Program-made: the position numbers and the translations under genes
The notes under the pieces: generated by a model
Databases searched by the model: none
Told to the model about the DNA's origin: nothing
What the model saw: the letters and a program-made list of their open reading frames with translations, nothing else
Part shown: piece after piece, positions 49,671 through 61,754 of the stretch
How positions within the stretch are numbered: position 1 is the first letter of the stretch
How the letters are laid out: each line of letters begins with the position of its first letter
Source: Terriglobia bacterium
GTDB lineage: Bacteria > Acidobacteriota > Terriglobia > JAJPHL01 > JAPKYU01
Length of the DNA: 64,000 bases
Assembly (NCBI GenBank): GCA_965206645.1
Contig: CBDBKE010000004.1
Span: forward strand, 1,824,001 to 1,888,000
Direction: 5' to 3'

Positions 49671-50534
49671 ATGGCCGAGTATGCGAATCCTGATGTTCTT
49701 GTCGGCACACAGTGAGTGGCGGATCACTCCAAGGACCCCAAGGTGTGGGTGGTGGAGGTGGACGTGGATACCTCCCAGTATGACCAGGGGCATGTTCCTA
49801 ATGCCATCGCCTGGAACTGGCAAACCCAGTTGCAGGATGAGGTGCGACGCGACCTGATCAGCCTGCGGGACTTTGAGGAGTTGATGAGCGCCAGCGGCGT
49901 AGCCAGCCAGACGACAGTGGTCGTCTACGGCGACAATAACAACTGGTTTGCCGCGTGGGCGTTGTGGCAGCTTAAGTATTATGGCCACGTCGACGTGCGA
50001 TTCATGAACGGCGGGCCGAAGAAGTGGATGGAAGAGAAGCGTCCCCTCACCAAGAAAGCGCCGAGCTTCCCTCGCACTCAATACCAAGCTAAGAAGCTAG
50101 AGGAGTCCATCCGAACCAGGCGTGACCTTGTGTCGAAGCACGTGGAGGCGCGTGACATCAACTTGGTAGATGTCCGATCGCCCGACGAGTTCACCGGGAA
50201 GATCATTGTGCCGCCGGGCCTGCCTGAGACAGCACAGCGCGCCGGGCACATTCCGACAGCGGTGAACATCCCCTGGTCGAAAGCGGCCAACGATGATGGA
50301 ACCTTTAAGTCGGCGGACGAGCTGCGCCAACTCTACGCAGGCGCCGGAGTGAAAAGCGGGCGAGAGACGATCGCCTATTGCCGGATCGGAGAGCGTTCGT
50401 CGCACACCTGGTTCGTGCTGAAGTACTTGCTGGGCTTCAAGAAAGTTCGCAACTACGACGGTTCGTGGACGGAATGGGGTAACCTGATCGACGCGCCCAT
50501 CGAGAAAGGCGCGAGCGCCGACGCCAAGGCATAG
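49671..50534 (+). pseudogene. Two-domain thiosulfate sulfurtransferase (rhodanese) with TGA at codon 15
   Basis: AAGGAG RBS, MAEYANPDVLVGTQ*VADH, then GHVPNA, VDVRSPDEF, YCRIGERSS and NYDGSWTEWG. Confidence 0.85.
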
Positions 50535-50806
50535 ATTGCCAACGCAACTTCCCGTCGAGGACCGGGTTTAAGACCGGCAAGGCCCGGTCCCTGATTCTCC
50601 TAAGCCCCTCACGCCTCCTATATGGAGGGCCGGGCCCACTCCGAATTCCTCCTATGCATTGCTGGGACCACGCCCGGTGCCTTGCAACAAGTGGGGCCCA
50701 GGCCACATATAGAAGCCAAGCCCTGCTCTAAGGCTCCGCTAGCGGCACGCCGACGTGCAACCATTTACCAAAGCTATTTATTTCGTATCGGACTGGATGG
50801 CGTGAA

Positions 50807-51868
50807 CTACAACGGCGGCCGAACGTAGTAGCCCTTGCGAGCGCGAATCTTTAGATCCTCCTCGCGAGCCACCACCTTGATCTTGCGGAATTTCCCGTCA
50901 ACTACCGGCTTGGGCGGGCGATAGCCGATGGTGTACTGCAGCTCCAGCTCTCTTTGGATTCGGGCGAGAGCCGTAGCCAAATGGGCGGCAGCTTCCGCTG
51001 CGTGCTTTCCCGTGCCAATCTGATAGATGGCGTTCGTATTGCCGATCTGGAGCCGAGACAGTTTGCCGGTGCCGTACTCAGCCGAAGGAGGTTCCTTCCA
51101 GGGAGCGACGATCCTGCCGCCGGTCTCCGCGGCTAGTTTCTCCAGCACTTTCTCCCCTGGACTGGTCCTGCCGTGAGCAATGGTGCTGATGGCGTAGATG
51201 GTGACCTCGGCCCGGCGTGCCATCTCCACCACCTGCTCCAGCGTGTACCGGCTGGCATCGTCTTCCCCGTCGGTGATGACGACCAGCACCCGGCGCAGCC
51301 CTCCCGGCTCGGTCTCCCGGAGCAGCTTTTCACGGCAGGCAAAATAGATGGCTTCAAACAAAGCCGTGCCGCCGCCCACCCTCAACTTCCGCACCGCTTC
51401 CGACAGATCGTTTGGGTCGTTGGTGAAATCCGTCACCACTTCCTTGGTGGTGTCAAAGGTCATCAGGAAGATCCTGTGCTTGGTCCTGCCCTTTAGCAGC
51501 GAGTGGACGAAATCAATGGCGGCGGTTTTCTCACCCTTGAACTGCATCCGGACGCTGTTGCTGGTGTCCAACAACAGCCCGACGCGCAATGGCAGCATGG
51601 AGATGGGGGTGAAGAAGTCTACGGGTACCTTTTTACCATCTTCGTAAACGGTGAAATCGGTTTGCTTGAGGTCAGTGACAAAACGGTCCTTGTGGTCAGT
51701 GACCGTAAAAGGCACGTGGACGCGCTCGACAGTGACTCGGATATTGGGGTCGGAGGAAGATGTCTCCGGCTCGGGCGATCCTTGCGCCCGGCACAGCACC
51801 AATCCCAGCGCGACCGCCATCACCAGGCTCGCTGACTTTCGAACCCACTGCCTGTCGCCACCCTTCAT
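50807..51868 (-). CDS. Acidobacterial VWA-domain protein
   Basis: DF.VYEDG, MIDAS motif LDTSNS, GGTALFEA, ITDGED, LA.ETGG and ARKGYY. Start uncertain. Confidence 0.88.
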   Translation of the reverse strand: MKGGDRQWVRKSASLVMAVALGLVLCRAQGSPEPETSSSDPNIRVTVERVHVPFTVTDHKDRFVTDLKQTDFTVYEDGKKVPVDFFTPISMLPLRVGLLLDTSNSVRMQFKGEKTAAIDFVHSLLKGRTKHRIFLMTFDTTKEVVTDFTNDPNDLSEAVRKLRVGGGTALFEAIYFACREKLLRETEPGGLRRVLVVITDGEDDASRYTLEQVVEMARRAEVTIYAISTIAHGRTSPGEKVLEKLAAETGGRIVAPWKEPPSAEYGTGKLSRLQIGNTNAIYQIGTGKHAAEAAAHLATALARIQRELELQYTIGYRPPKPVVDGKFRKIKVVAREEDLKIRARKGYYVRPPL

Positions 51869-52094
51869 CGCCACCGCCTCAAAATACGAACTCGCTCCCT
51901 CCATTTTATAGGGCCGCGCAAGATTTGGGAAGGTCTGAAGTCGCCGACCGCAAAATCTCAACCGCCGTCACCCCAGGGGTCCGGAAAGGCCGATATTAGC
52001 GCGGTTCTGGATCCCAGGAAACCGTTCGACCCCAATTGCGCCCTCCAGCTCCAGCAGGGAAGTCTCGGGTTGAATCCATGACCTGAGAGCGTGG

Positions 52095-54473
52095 TCAAAA
52101 GGTGAACCGTATCCCGGCGTTAACCTGTCGGAACATGCCCGGCTGGATGCCCTGGGGAGCGCGAGAGGAAATATAAATCTCGTCCGTCAGGTTCTTGATC
52201 GTGAAGTAAGGTTTGAGCTGGAGGCGCTCCCGCTGGATCGTATAGTCGAACCCCAGATTCCAAATCATGTAGCCAGGCAATAGTCCGATTGTGCCGTCGG
52301 GTGAGGGCGTAATGGTGTTTAGGTTGTCTCCGAACTGCTTGTTTATGTAGCTGGCGTCGAGTTGGAAGCCGAATCTCCCAGGCTGCCGAAAGCCAACCAT
52401 AAAAGAAGAAGTAGTTCTCGGTGCGTAAGGAAGGCGATTGTCCGCAAAAAGGAAATTGCGCGTAAACTTGGCCGTCGGCAGATACATGTGTCGAATATCG
52501 GTATAAATCACCCACGAGCTGCCGACCAGCTCGTTCCAATTGACGCGCAGGCTGGCTTCCAGGCCTTGGTGGAGGGTCTCCCCACCATTGATCAGCGTAG
52601 TGGTGGCACCACCGGATTCCGCCGCCGGGATGATCTGGTTTTCGAAGTCCATCCGGAAGAAGGTGACCTCGCCCCGCACAACCCGCTGGGGACCGAAGCG
52701 AACGCCAGTTTCGTAGTTCCAGCTCAACTCCGCATCCAGGTCCAGCGACTGCCCCTCCCGCGTGATTGCATCTTTGGTGCGCGGGGGCGCGAAGCCGCGA
52801 TGCACGCCGCCAAACACGGTCACCGTCGGGTCCAGTTGATAGGATAGGCCCAACCCCGGTACCGCTTTGACCAAGTCCTGACTTTTCCGGATGTTCACGT
52901 CTGTCGGAACGCCATCGACACGCTGCCGCAGAATGTGTCGTTCGTAGCCGTATTTTTCGATCCGAACGCCGGGCGTCAAGATCAGCTTCTGAGTAAGAAA
53001 GAAGCGGTTCTGGACAAAGACGGACACGGCGTTACCGAAACGGTCTTCGTAGTCCCGAATCAGCCCCGTTGAGGAGTCGAAGCGGTCGCCATTGATGCGC
53101 TTGTCGTCCGCATCTTCGTAGAGATAGCGGATTCCAGTATCGAGTTTGTTGCGGATCCCCCCCCACCTGTGTTCGTAGGAGAGGTTGCTCTGAATGCCGA
53201 CCACCTGGAACTCCCGATTTCGGTTGCCGGCGGAATTCCGAAGAAAAACCCCGCCCCCCAGAATGGTGGGGTCGCCGGCGATACCGAGATAATCTCTCCC
53301 GCTATCACCACGGTCCCAATCCTGCCGCCGCCAATTACGGACCGTGTTGTAAGCGAAGAAGGTTGTCATCAAGACAGCATTCGGACTCAGCCCGGTCGTG
53401 TGGGCGATGGAACCCGAATGCCGCCGCACTCCCAACAGGTCGTTCGGCACAGCGTTTCGGGTAGGGTCGGCCAGGAACATGGGCGTGGTGAGCCCCAGGT
53501 AAGTGGAGTTGGAACGTTCATCATAGACGCCGAGCTTGATTGCGAAGCTGTGATTCTTCGCGGGCTTCAGCGTGAACTTAGACTGGACATCGTTAATATC
53601 AAAATAGAAGTCGCGAAAACCGTCTCCTTGCTTGCGGAGAAAGCTGAGGAACCAACCGCTCGACTGGTCGCGGCTGCTACCGCCGAGAGAAGCTCTTCCG
53701 CTGAAGAACCCGCGTTGGCCGCCCGCCAAATCCAATTCTCCGCGTGTGCTAGGCGGGGGATCGGGCGTGACGAAATTCAAGACGCCCCCTATGGTCTGGG
53801 GACCGTGTGCGATCTGCCCGCTGCCTTTGAGAACTTCGATGCGCCGCATGCGTTCAACAGGCGGAGAATAGTACATCTCGGGCTCTCCGTAGGGCGCCAG
53901 GGAGATCGGAATGCCATCTTCCAGCATGAGCACTTTCCTGCTCCGGTCTGGGTTGAGCCCGCGGAGACCCACATTCAACCTCATGGCTACAGGACCGGAG
54001 TCCTCGCGAAGGTTCACGCCGGGCACACGTCGCAGCACCTCATTGGCATCGATGGGTTTGGAATCGCGCAACTCTTCCTTCGCGATCAGGAAAACCGAGC
54101 CCGGAATCTCTCTTAGGACATCGCGCGACTCCCCGACCACCTCGATCGAGGTTGCACTGCTGCGTACGGCTGCGAACCGGAAATCGTGACGGAGAATGCC
54201 CCCGGCTGGCACCTGGACTTGAGCTTCTACCGCCTCGAAATCGTCCGACAGGACACGCATTGTGTACCTTCCAGCAGCGACGTTTCGGATCTCGTAGTGG
54301 CCAGTTCCGTTCGTCCAGGCCTGCATCCCGCTCTGGATTAGCTCTACCCTCACACCCATGACCGGCACGCCTAGGGGATCGGTGACGACGCCCTGGATTG
54401 TCTGAGCTCCCAGACCCGTGGGCGCAATTGCGAACAGAGCAAGTAGACCGACCGAGCGGTAAAGCGATCTCAT
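52095..54473 (-). CDS. TonB-dependent receptor, FecA-like
   Basis: Signal peptide, plug motifs LRRVPGV, GLRGLNP.RS and IEVLKG, beta-barrel strands, C-terminal Phe. Confidence 0.92.
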   Translation of the reverse strand: MRSLYRSVGLLALFAIAPTGLGAQTIQGVVTDPLGVPVMGVRVELIQSGMQAWTNGTGHYEIRNVAAGRYTMRVLSDDFEAVEAQVQVPAGGILRHDFRFAAVRSSATSIEVVGESRDVLREIPGSVFLIAKEELRDSKPIDANEVLRRVPGVNLREDSGPVAMRLNVGLRGLNPDRSRKVLMLEDGIPISLAPYGEPEMYYSPPVERMRRIEVLKGSGQIAHGPQTIGGVLNFVTPDPPPSTRGELDLAGGQRGFFSGRASLGGSSRDQSSGWFLSFLRKQGDGFRDFYFDINDVQSKFTLKPAKNHSFAIKLGVYDERSNSTYLGLTTPMFLADPTRNAVPNDLLGVRRHSGSIAHTTGLSPNAVLMTTFFAYNTVRNWRRQDWDRGDSGRDYLGIAGDPTILGGGVFLRNSAGNRNREFQVVGIQSNLSYEHRWGGIRNKLDTGIRYLYEDADDKRINGDRFDSSTGLIRDYEDRFGNAVSVFVQNRFFLTQKLILTPGVRIEKYGYERHILRQRVDGVPTDVNIRKSQDLVKAVPGLGLSYQLDPTVTVFGGVHRGFAPPRTKDAITREGQSLDLDAELSWNYETGVRFGPQRVVRGEVTFFRMDFENQIIPAAESGGATTTLINGGETLHQGLEASLRVNWNELVGSSWVIYTDIRHMYLPTAKFTRNFLFADNRLPYAPRTTSSFMVGFRQPGRFGFQLDASYINKQFGDNLNTITPSPDGTIGLLPGYMIWNLGFDYTIQRERLQLKPYFTIKNLTDEIYISSRAPQGIQPGMFRQVNAGIRFTF

Positions 54474-54511
54474 ACGGTAGGAGTTCTTCTCAGGTAGGAA
54501 ACTCGGCCTAG

Positions 54512-54767
54512 TTGCAATAAAATTTCAATTGCTTGCGAGATGTCGGGGCTGACTGCGACTGCGCGCCGCTCCGAGTCCATATCAGTCCTGCATCGGGAGC
54601 CCAGGGTTCCCGGACACAAGACCAGACGCGCATGCCGTACAGGAGCGAATTGCATGCCGAGCCCTTCTAGATGCAACTAAGTTTCAACTAGATTTTAGTC
54701 TCTGGAGCTTTTACAGTCAAGGCGGAGGTGGCGAATGGAGTGCTTTTTTGTTGCAAAGAAGTTGCAC
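54512..54767. promoter_or_regulatory. Three 17-bp imperfect palindromes, putative metal-responsive repressor sites
   Basis: TTGCAA-taaaa-TTTCAA (54512), ATGCAA-ctaag-TTTCAA (54671) and TTGCAA-agaag-TTGCAC (54751). Confidence 0.6.
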
Positions 54768-54800
54768 CTAGGAAGTCCTTCAACTCCGCAGTGGCTACCT

Positions 54801-56411
<1,611 letters not shown>

Positions 56412-56516
56412 GTTTGTCGAGTCGCCCCCGCTGCTGTTAGAAGAACCGGAGCATGATACCACAGCACGGCAAAGCCGCATTGCGGCGTCCGCTTTGCTAT
56501 ACTCTTGAGGACAGTC

Positions 56517-56777
56517 ATGTTTGCGCGGCGGCTCCGGATCGAGATTAAAGAAGACGCAGGCGTCCGCCTTTGCCCGCTGGAGTGGCTGGACCGCTTCTTC
56601 ATGCGCCACTTCACCGGGCTGAGCGCCCTGGAGGATACGCTGCCGACAGCGGAAGGCAGGCTGGAAGCGGGTTTCAACGTGGATCTGGACTTCCTGCACC
56701 AAAACTTTGAAGACTGGCTCCGGGGGCACAAGATGCTCGGCCCTGGGGCTCAACTGAGGATCATTGCTGAATCATGA
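56517..56777 (+). CDS. Small hypothetical protein
   Basis: GAGGA RBS; stop overlaps the start of the next gene (ATGA). Confidence 0.7.
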   Translation: MFARRLRIEIKEDAGVRLCPLEWLDRFFMRHFTGLSALEDTLPTAEGRLEAGFNVDLDFLHQNFEDWLRGHKMLGPGAQLRIIAES

Positions 56778-57961
56778 AGACGCTCGAACCTCCGCACCGA
56801 ATTCTGATGGGCCCCGGACCGAGCAATGTGGACTACCGCGTATACCGGGCGCTGACCACGCCCATCGTTGGCCATCTGGATCCGGAATTCCTGGAGATCA
56901 TGGACGATGTCCAGGAGAGGCTGCGCCGTATTTTCCGTACTTCGAACCCGTTGACCATTCCGGTTTCCGGAACCGGCAGCGCTGGCATGGAAGCAGCGCT
57001 GGTGAATTTTATTGAGCCAAAAGACACGGTGGTCGTCTGCGCGGGTGGAGTGTTTGCTGAGCGCATGTGCGACATCGCCGAGCGCACCGGCGCGCGCCTG
57101 CTTCGCGTGGAGACGGAGTGGGGGACGGCCACCGATCCGGCGCGAGTGGAAGCGGTCCTGCGGTCGGCTCCTGGACCGGTGAAGCTGCTGGCGGTTGTGC
57201 ATGGGGAGACATCCACCGGCGTGCTCCAGCCATTGGAGCCCTTGGCGAGTCTGGCCCGACAGTTCGGAACTCTGTTCGTGGTGGATACGGTGGCCACGTT
57301 GGGCGGGGCGCCGGTGGAGGTTGACGGCACTGAAATTGATGTGTGCTACAGCGGCTCGCAAAAGTGCTTGAGCTGCCCACCCGGCCTGGCTCCCATTACT
57401 CTTTCCCCGCGGGCTAATGATCTGCTGCAACGGCGCAAGACCAAAGTGCAGAGCTGGTATCTGGACCTCTCGATGGTGCAAAAGTACTGGGGCGCCGAAC
57501 GCACCTACCACCACACCGCGCCGATCTCCATGATCTACGCTCTGGACGAGGCGCTCCGGCTGGTGGAAGAGGAAGGCCTGGAGGAGCGTTGGAGACGGCA
57601 CGAGCGGAACATGGAAGCGCTGTTGGGGGGCCTGGAGGCTCTCGGCTTGCGTGCGCTGCCCGCTGCCGAGCATCGCATGCCCACACTGGCCGCTGTGCAT
57701 GTGCCGGACGGGGTCGACGAGGCGGGCATCCGCTCCCGACTGCTGGGCCGCTACAACATCGAGATTGCCGGCGGACTGGGCCGCTTCCGCGGGCGGCTCT
57801 GGCGCATCGGCCTGATGGGTACTTCCTCCAGCGAGTCGAATGTCCTGTTGCTGCTGGCTGCGCTGGAGACCTTGCTGCACGAAGAGGGATTCCTCACCGC
57901 CAGCGGCCGAGGGGTGGCTGCTGCCCAGCACCTGCTGGCGCAGGCACCGGTGAGAGGATAA
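56774..57961 (+). CDS. Alanine-glyoxylate/serine-pyruvate aminotransferase (class V)
   Basis: LMGPGPS, HGETSTG, SGSQKCL and YHHTAP motifs. Confidence 0.92.
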   Translation: MKTLEPPHRILMGPGPSNVDYRVYRALTTPIVGHLDPEFLEIMDDVQERLRRIFRTSNPLTIPVSGTGSAGMEAALVNFIEPKDTVVVCAGGVFAERMCDIAERTGARLLRVETEWGTATDPARVEAVLRSAPGPVKLLAVVHGETSTGVLQPLEPLASLARQFGTLFVVDTVATLGGAPVEVDGTEIDVCYSGSQKCLSCPPGLAPITLSPRANDLLQRRKTKVQSWYLDLSMVQKYWGAERTYHHTAPISMIYALDEALRLVEEEGLEERWRRHERNMEALLGGLEALGLRALPAAEHRMPTLAAVHVPDGVDEAGIRSRLLGRYNIEIAGGLGRFRGRLWRIGLMGTSSSESNVLLLLAALETLLHEEGFLTASGRGVAAAQHLLAQAPVRG

Positions 57962-58086
57962 TCCTGCTGTCTCGGTGCGGTGTCACGTCCGGCGCCAGCC
58001 GGGACTGGTTGAGTCAGGCTTCTCTCCCGCGCCCTGCAAGCATCGGGCTGGCTGATGATACTTGGGAGGGTAGCTACGGCGCTGGA

Positions 58087-59940
58087 CTAGGAGGCTTTCA
58101 GCAGTTTCAGCACCATCAAGACCTTGTCGTCCAGGTGGGTGCCGGCGTCGGCGAAGGAAGAAACCTGGTGGGCCACCTTGTCCACTATCTGCTGGGCGGA
58201 AAGGTGGCGGTGCGCCCGCGCCACTTCCACCAGCCGTTCTAGACCAAATTCTTCCTTCTCGGCGTTCTGGGCCTTGGTGATGCCGTCCGTGCAGCACAGC
58301 AGGACGTCGCCGGGCAGGAGCTTCAACGAGGCCCGCTTGTATTCGGCGGCATCGAACAGACCAATCACCGTCCCCCCCTCTTCCAGCTTCAATACTTCCC
58401 CGTTGGCGCGCACCACGATGGGCGGAATGTGGCCGGCGTTGATGTAGTGCAGGCCTGTCCTGCGCGTGTCCACCAGGCCCAGGAAGATACTCAGGAACTT
58501 CTCGGCGTGGGTGTCGGCCAGAATCATCTCATTCAGCGAGAGAGTGATGACTTCCAGCGAGTGCAGGTGCATCACCAGTGCTCGTAAGGTGGCCTGCAGG
58601 TTGGACATGGTCAGAGCCGAGCTGACACCCTTGCCTTCCACGTCGGCTATCACGACCAGCAGCGTGTTGGGCCCCAGAGTCAAGAAGTCGTAATAGTCGC
58701 CGCCCACTTCGTAACTGGGTTCATTGAGCACGGCGATGTCGAAGCCGGGAACCACAGGCGGTGCGTCGGGAAGCAGGCCCCGCTGGATGCGGCGGGCCAG
58801 GGCCAGCTCCCGCTCCAGCCATTGCTTCTCCAGTAGCTCCCGGTGCAGCCGGGCGTTTTCCAGCGCCAGCGCCATGTGCACCGAAAGAGTGTTCAGAAAT
58901 TCCTCGTCTTCGCGGGCGAAGCGGCCTTCCCTTTTGTTCAGCAATTGCAGGATACCGACAATCTCCCCGGTGCGGTTGCGAATGGGAGCGCAGAGCAGGT
59001 TCTGGGTTCGGTAGTGGAACCTCTCGTCGAAGCTGGGATCAAAATGGGGACTGCTGTACGCATCGTCGATGTTCAGCGTCTGGCCGGTTTGGGCGACATA
59101 GCCAGCCACTCCCTGTCCAAAGGCAAGCCGGATTTCCTGCTCCTCCAGGCCGTGGGCTACGATGGTCCAGACTTCCCTCCGATCCTGATCGACCAGAAAA
59201 ACGCTGCCGCGGTCGGCGTTGGTCTCCTTGCAGGCCAGGTTCAGAATCAGGTCCAGCAAGTCGCCAAGATTCAAGGTGGAATTCAGCACCTGGCTGGCTT
59301 CCACCAGGAACTGGAGTTGGGTGATGGCTTTTCGGCTCTCGCTCAGGGCGCGCGCGCTGTCCAGAGTGGCGCCCGTCATGGCTGCGTAAATCTGCGCCCA
59401 GCCCGGCGCTTCCGGAGGTGGCTGCTTGCGGCAATAGATGGCCAGCAATCCAGCAGGCCGGTTACTCACCTGCAAGGGCTGGGCCAGCATGTATTTGGCG
59501 CCGTTGCGGCGCGCCCAGGCCAGGAATTGCTTACCGGCTTGTTTCAGTGGACTGGCCTGGGGCCCGGCCAGAGTCGCATAGTGTTGGCCTAGGATCGGGT
59601 CGGGCTCCGGTGGTTTGCCACGGCGGGCCAGCGCGGATTGACGAATCCATCCGTTATCTGGGCCGTCGTGAGGCGCCTTGTGAGGCAGGCCAGGGACCCA
59701 CACCTCGGCCAGTACCGCGTCAAAGTGGTCGATCGACGATTGCGCCAGTTCCGTAACCAGGACCGCCGGGTCGGCGGTGCCCGCCAGCTTCTCGATGGCG
59801 CGGGAAACGGTCTCCACATAGCGGTCGGTGGTTTTGGCAACCCGGCCAACCCGTCGAGCCGCTACGCGGAGACTGGCACGGGGTTTCTCTTTACGCTTGC
59901 TCAAAGACTGCTCTTTGCTGCCCTTCCGGCGGGTCTGCAC
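58087..59940 (-). CDS. GAF-domain SpoIIE/RsbU-type PP2C phosphatase
   Basis: GAF (LLNK...F...D), then VGGDYYD, ADVEGKG, NAGH.PP, TDG and DD. Confidence 0.9.
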   Translation of the reverse strand: MQTRRKGSKEQSLSKRKEKPRASLRVAARRVGRVAKTTDRYVETVSRAIEKLAGTADPAVLVTELAQSSIDHFDAVLAEVWVPGLPHKAPHDGPDNGWIRQSALARRGKPPEPDPILGQHYATLAGPQASPLKQAGKQFLAWARRNGAKYMLAQPLQVSNRPAGLLAIYCRKQPPPEAPGWAQIYAAMTGATLDSARALSESRKAITQLQFLVEASQVLNSTLNLGDLLDLILNLACKETNADRGSVFLVDQDRREVWTIVAHGLEEQEIRLAFGQGVAGYVAQTGQTLNIDDAYSSPHFDPSFDERFHYRTQNLLCAPIRNRTGEIVGILQLLNKREGRFAREDEEFLNTLSVHMALALENARLHRELLEKQWLERELALARRIQRGLLPDAPPVVPGFDIAVLNEPSYEVGGDYYDFLTLGPNTLLVVIADVEGKGVSSALTMSNLQATLRALVMHLHSLEVITLSLNEMILADTHAEKFLSIFLGLVDTRRTGLHYINAGHIPPIVVRANGEVLKLEEGGTVIGLFDAAEYKRASLKLLPGDVLLCCTDGITKAQNAEKEEFGLERLVEVARAHRHLSAQQIVDKVAHQVSSFADAGTHLDDKVLMVLKLLKAS

Positions 59941-60083
59941 AATCGAAGGCTCTTCCTGGTCAGGAAATCTGTACTATACCATGAACGAACTTTTTCGAAT
60001 CCGATGGGCCGGGTCCGCTTGCTTCACCACCGCGCGCGCACGGGAAAGCGGCAGGACGGCCCGGCGAGGCAAGAGGCCATACA

Positions 60084-60419
60084 ATGGAATACAGAAACTT
60101 TGAGTGTGTTTCCCAGGCAGGTGGCACCCGTTATCACTGCTCCTTCATTTTCCTTCAGACCGCCATTTCCCTGCGCCATAGCGACACGGTGGACGTCCGC
60201 TACATGGTGAACGGAAAGCGCATCACAGTCGCCCTGCCGCACGTGGCTTTTACCGAGTACAAGCGGCGCGCCGGGCGCGACCTCACCGACGAGGAGGCGG
60301 GCGCGATCGCTGCGCGATACCTGGAAGAAGTGCTGGAGAGAGGCGGAGAAGTGGAGGATCTTACCGTGCCAATGGAGCGGGTCCTGGAGCTCACTGCCGG
60401 AGCGGCGGCTCCGGGGTAG
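60084..60419 (+). CDS. Hypothetical protein
   Basis: 111-aa ORF with globular composition, divergent from the phosphatase gene. Confidence 0.7.
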   Translation: MEYRNFECVSQAGGTRYHCSFIFLQTAISLRHSDTVDVRYMVNGKRITVALPHVAFTEYKRRAGRDLTDEEAGAIAARYLEEVLERGGEVEDLTVPMERVLELTAGAAAPG

Positions 60420-60558
60420 TCCCCCCGCGGGGGTCTGAGCGAATGCCTCCTCAGAAGGCAAAGGCCCGATCCTGCGGCCCGTGGTTGCGCTGAGGAGGCG
60501 CATGAGCATAGACTCGTGCACCCAAAGAGGCGAAACTGAAAGTTCAGAGGAGGGATAT

Positions 60559-60864
60559 ATGCGATTCTTGATCAAGGTTTCATGGCCCGTAGAGGCAGGC
60601 AATGCAGCGGCAAGAGACGGTTTCAAAGCTGTCCCGTCAATCCTTGAAGAGCTGAAGCCCGAGGCAGCGTATTTTTACGAAGAGAATGGAAAGAGAACGA
60701 CGTTGCTTGTTGTCGATCTTCAGGACGCATCACAGATACCTGCCATAGCAGAGCCGTGGTTCATCGGGTTCAATGCCGCCGTCGAGTTCCACCCGGCAAT
60801 GGTTGCCAAGGACCTCGAGAAGGCCGGGCCCGCCATCGAGAAAGCGGTTAAGAAATACGGCTAG
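60559..60864 (+). CDS. Small hypothetical protein, possibly DUF3303/GYD-like
   Basis: GAGGAGG RBS; LKPEAAYF...G.RT and IPAIAEPWF pattern. Confidence 0.72.
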   Translation: MRFLIKVSWPVEAGNAAARDGFKAVPSILEELKPEAAYFYEENGKRTTLLVVDLQDASQIPAIAEPWFIGFNAAVEFHPAMVAKDLEKAGPAIEKAVKKYG

Positions 60865-60934
60865 GCACCAAAGTCGCTCCGGGAGCGATCGTGCCGCCTG
60901 CGGGCTTCTGTTATGATGAGAAGTGAGAGGCGGC

Positions 60935-61165
60935 ATGAAGCTGAAGGTGGAAAGCTACTCCGGCTACAAGGCGGACCAACGGCCCACCCGCTTTACCCTG
61001 CAGGGGCGCACCTTTCAGGTGGAGGAGGTGATGGACCGCTGGCACGGTCCCGACCACGCCTACTTCAAAGTGCGCGCCGACGATTCCAACATCTACATCC
61101 TGAAACATCTTCCCAGCGCGGGTGAGTGGAGCTTGGAAATGTTCCGCCAAGCCGGCCGCGACTAG
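60935..61165 (+). CDS. Small hypothetical protein
   Basis: MKLKVESYSGYKADQRP..F...V..V.DRW.GPD..YFKV pattern. Confidence 0.7.
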   Translation: MKLKVESYSGYKADQRPTRFTLQGRTFQVEEVMDRWHGPDHAYFKVRADDSNIYILKHLPSAGEWSLEMFRQAGRD

Positions 61166-61256
61166 TCACGTTGGGAAGCTAATGGCCCTTCTGAGTTGAA
61201 TAGGCGGGACAACTCCGCGAAGCATGTAGCGCGCCGCCTAGCCTGCCATGAACTGG

Positions 61257-61664
61257 CTATGAACTGGCCATGAACTGGTAAGCAGCACGCACCAACTTCT
61301 TGTTCGCGGTCGGGCGTATCTGTTTCCAATCTCTGATCTTGACGTGACGCATGCCTTTTCCCGTGCCTGCGAGTAAGCCGTCAGGATCCGGCAGTTTGGC
61401 GCCCTGTAGAAAGTACAGAGAGACGCTATCTTTCAGGGGCATGATCCCGCAAAACATGGTGGACATCGGCACGGGTTTCCCCAGGGAGATCTTGCCGCGC
61501 GAGTACATGATGACGCGCCACCCCATATAAACGCGCTCCGAGCACCCAGGCACGGCGGAGCGCACCAGGCGCCGCAGCGCTTTGGTCCATTGGCATACTT
61601 TCGGTGAGCGCCCCCTCAAGAGATCCTCTATGGTCCCAGTTCTTGTCTTCATCTTCTTTGGCAT
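61257..61664 (-). CDS. DUF1801 (YdhG-like) protein
   Basis: LR.LV..AVP, F..GA.LPDP.GLL.GTGK.MRHVKI motifs. Confidence 0.8.
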   Translation of the reverse strand: MPKKMKTRTGTIEDLLRGRSPKVCQWTKALRRLVRSAVPGCSERVYMGWRVIMYSRGKISLGKPVPMSTMFCGIMPLKDSVSLYFLQGAKLPDPDGLLAGTGKGMRHVKIRDWKQIRPTANKKLVRAAYQFMASS

Positions 61665-61754
61665 CTTGGCTTCCTCGCAGCCAATACTTCCTTGTGGCTG
61701 AGCGTACTGCTTCCTCTCGTCCCTCCTATTGTGCAGTCGCGGCCGTTGGTGGGG

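Noticed and set aside
46784-49715. UGA reassigned to Trp, or selenocysteine insertion
   Set aside because: TGA ends many genes at their expected termini (miaB, uvrC, lpxA) and other Trp codons are TGG. The two sites align to Trp, not to a catalytic Cys.
56412-56753. Long N-terminal extension of PckA in the ORF track
   Set aside because: It overlaps a better-supported plus-strand gene; PckA-like sequence starts near 56411.
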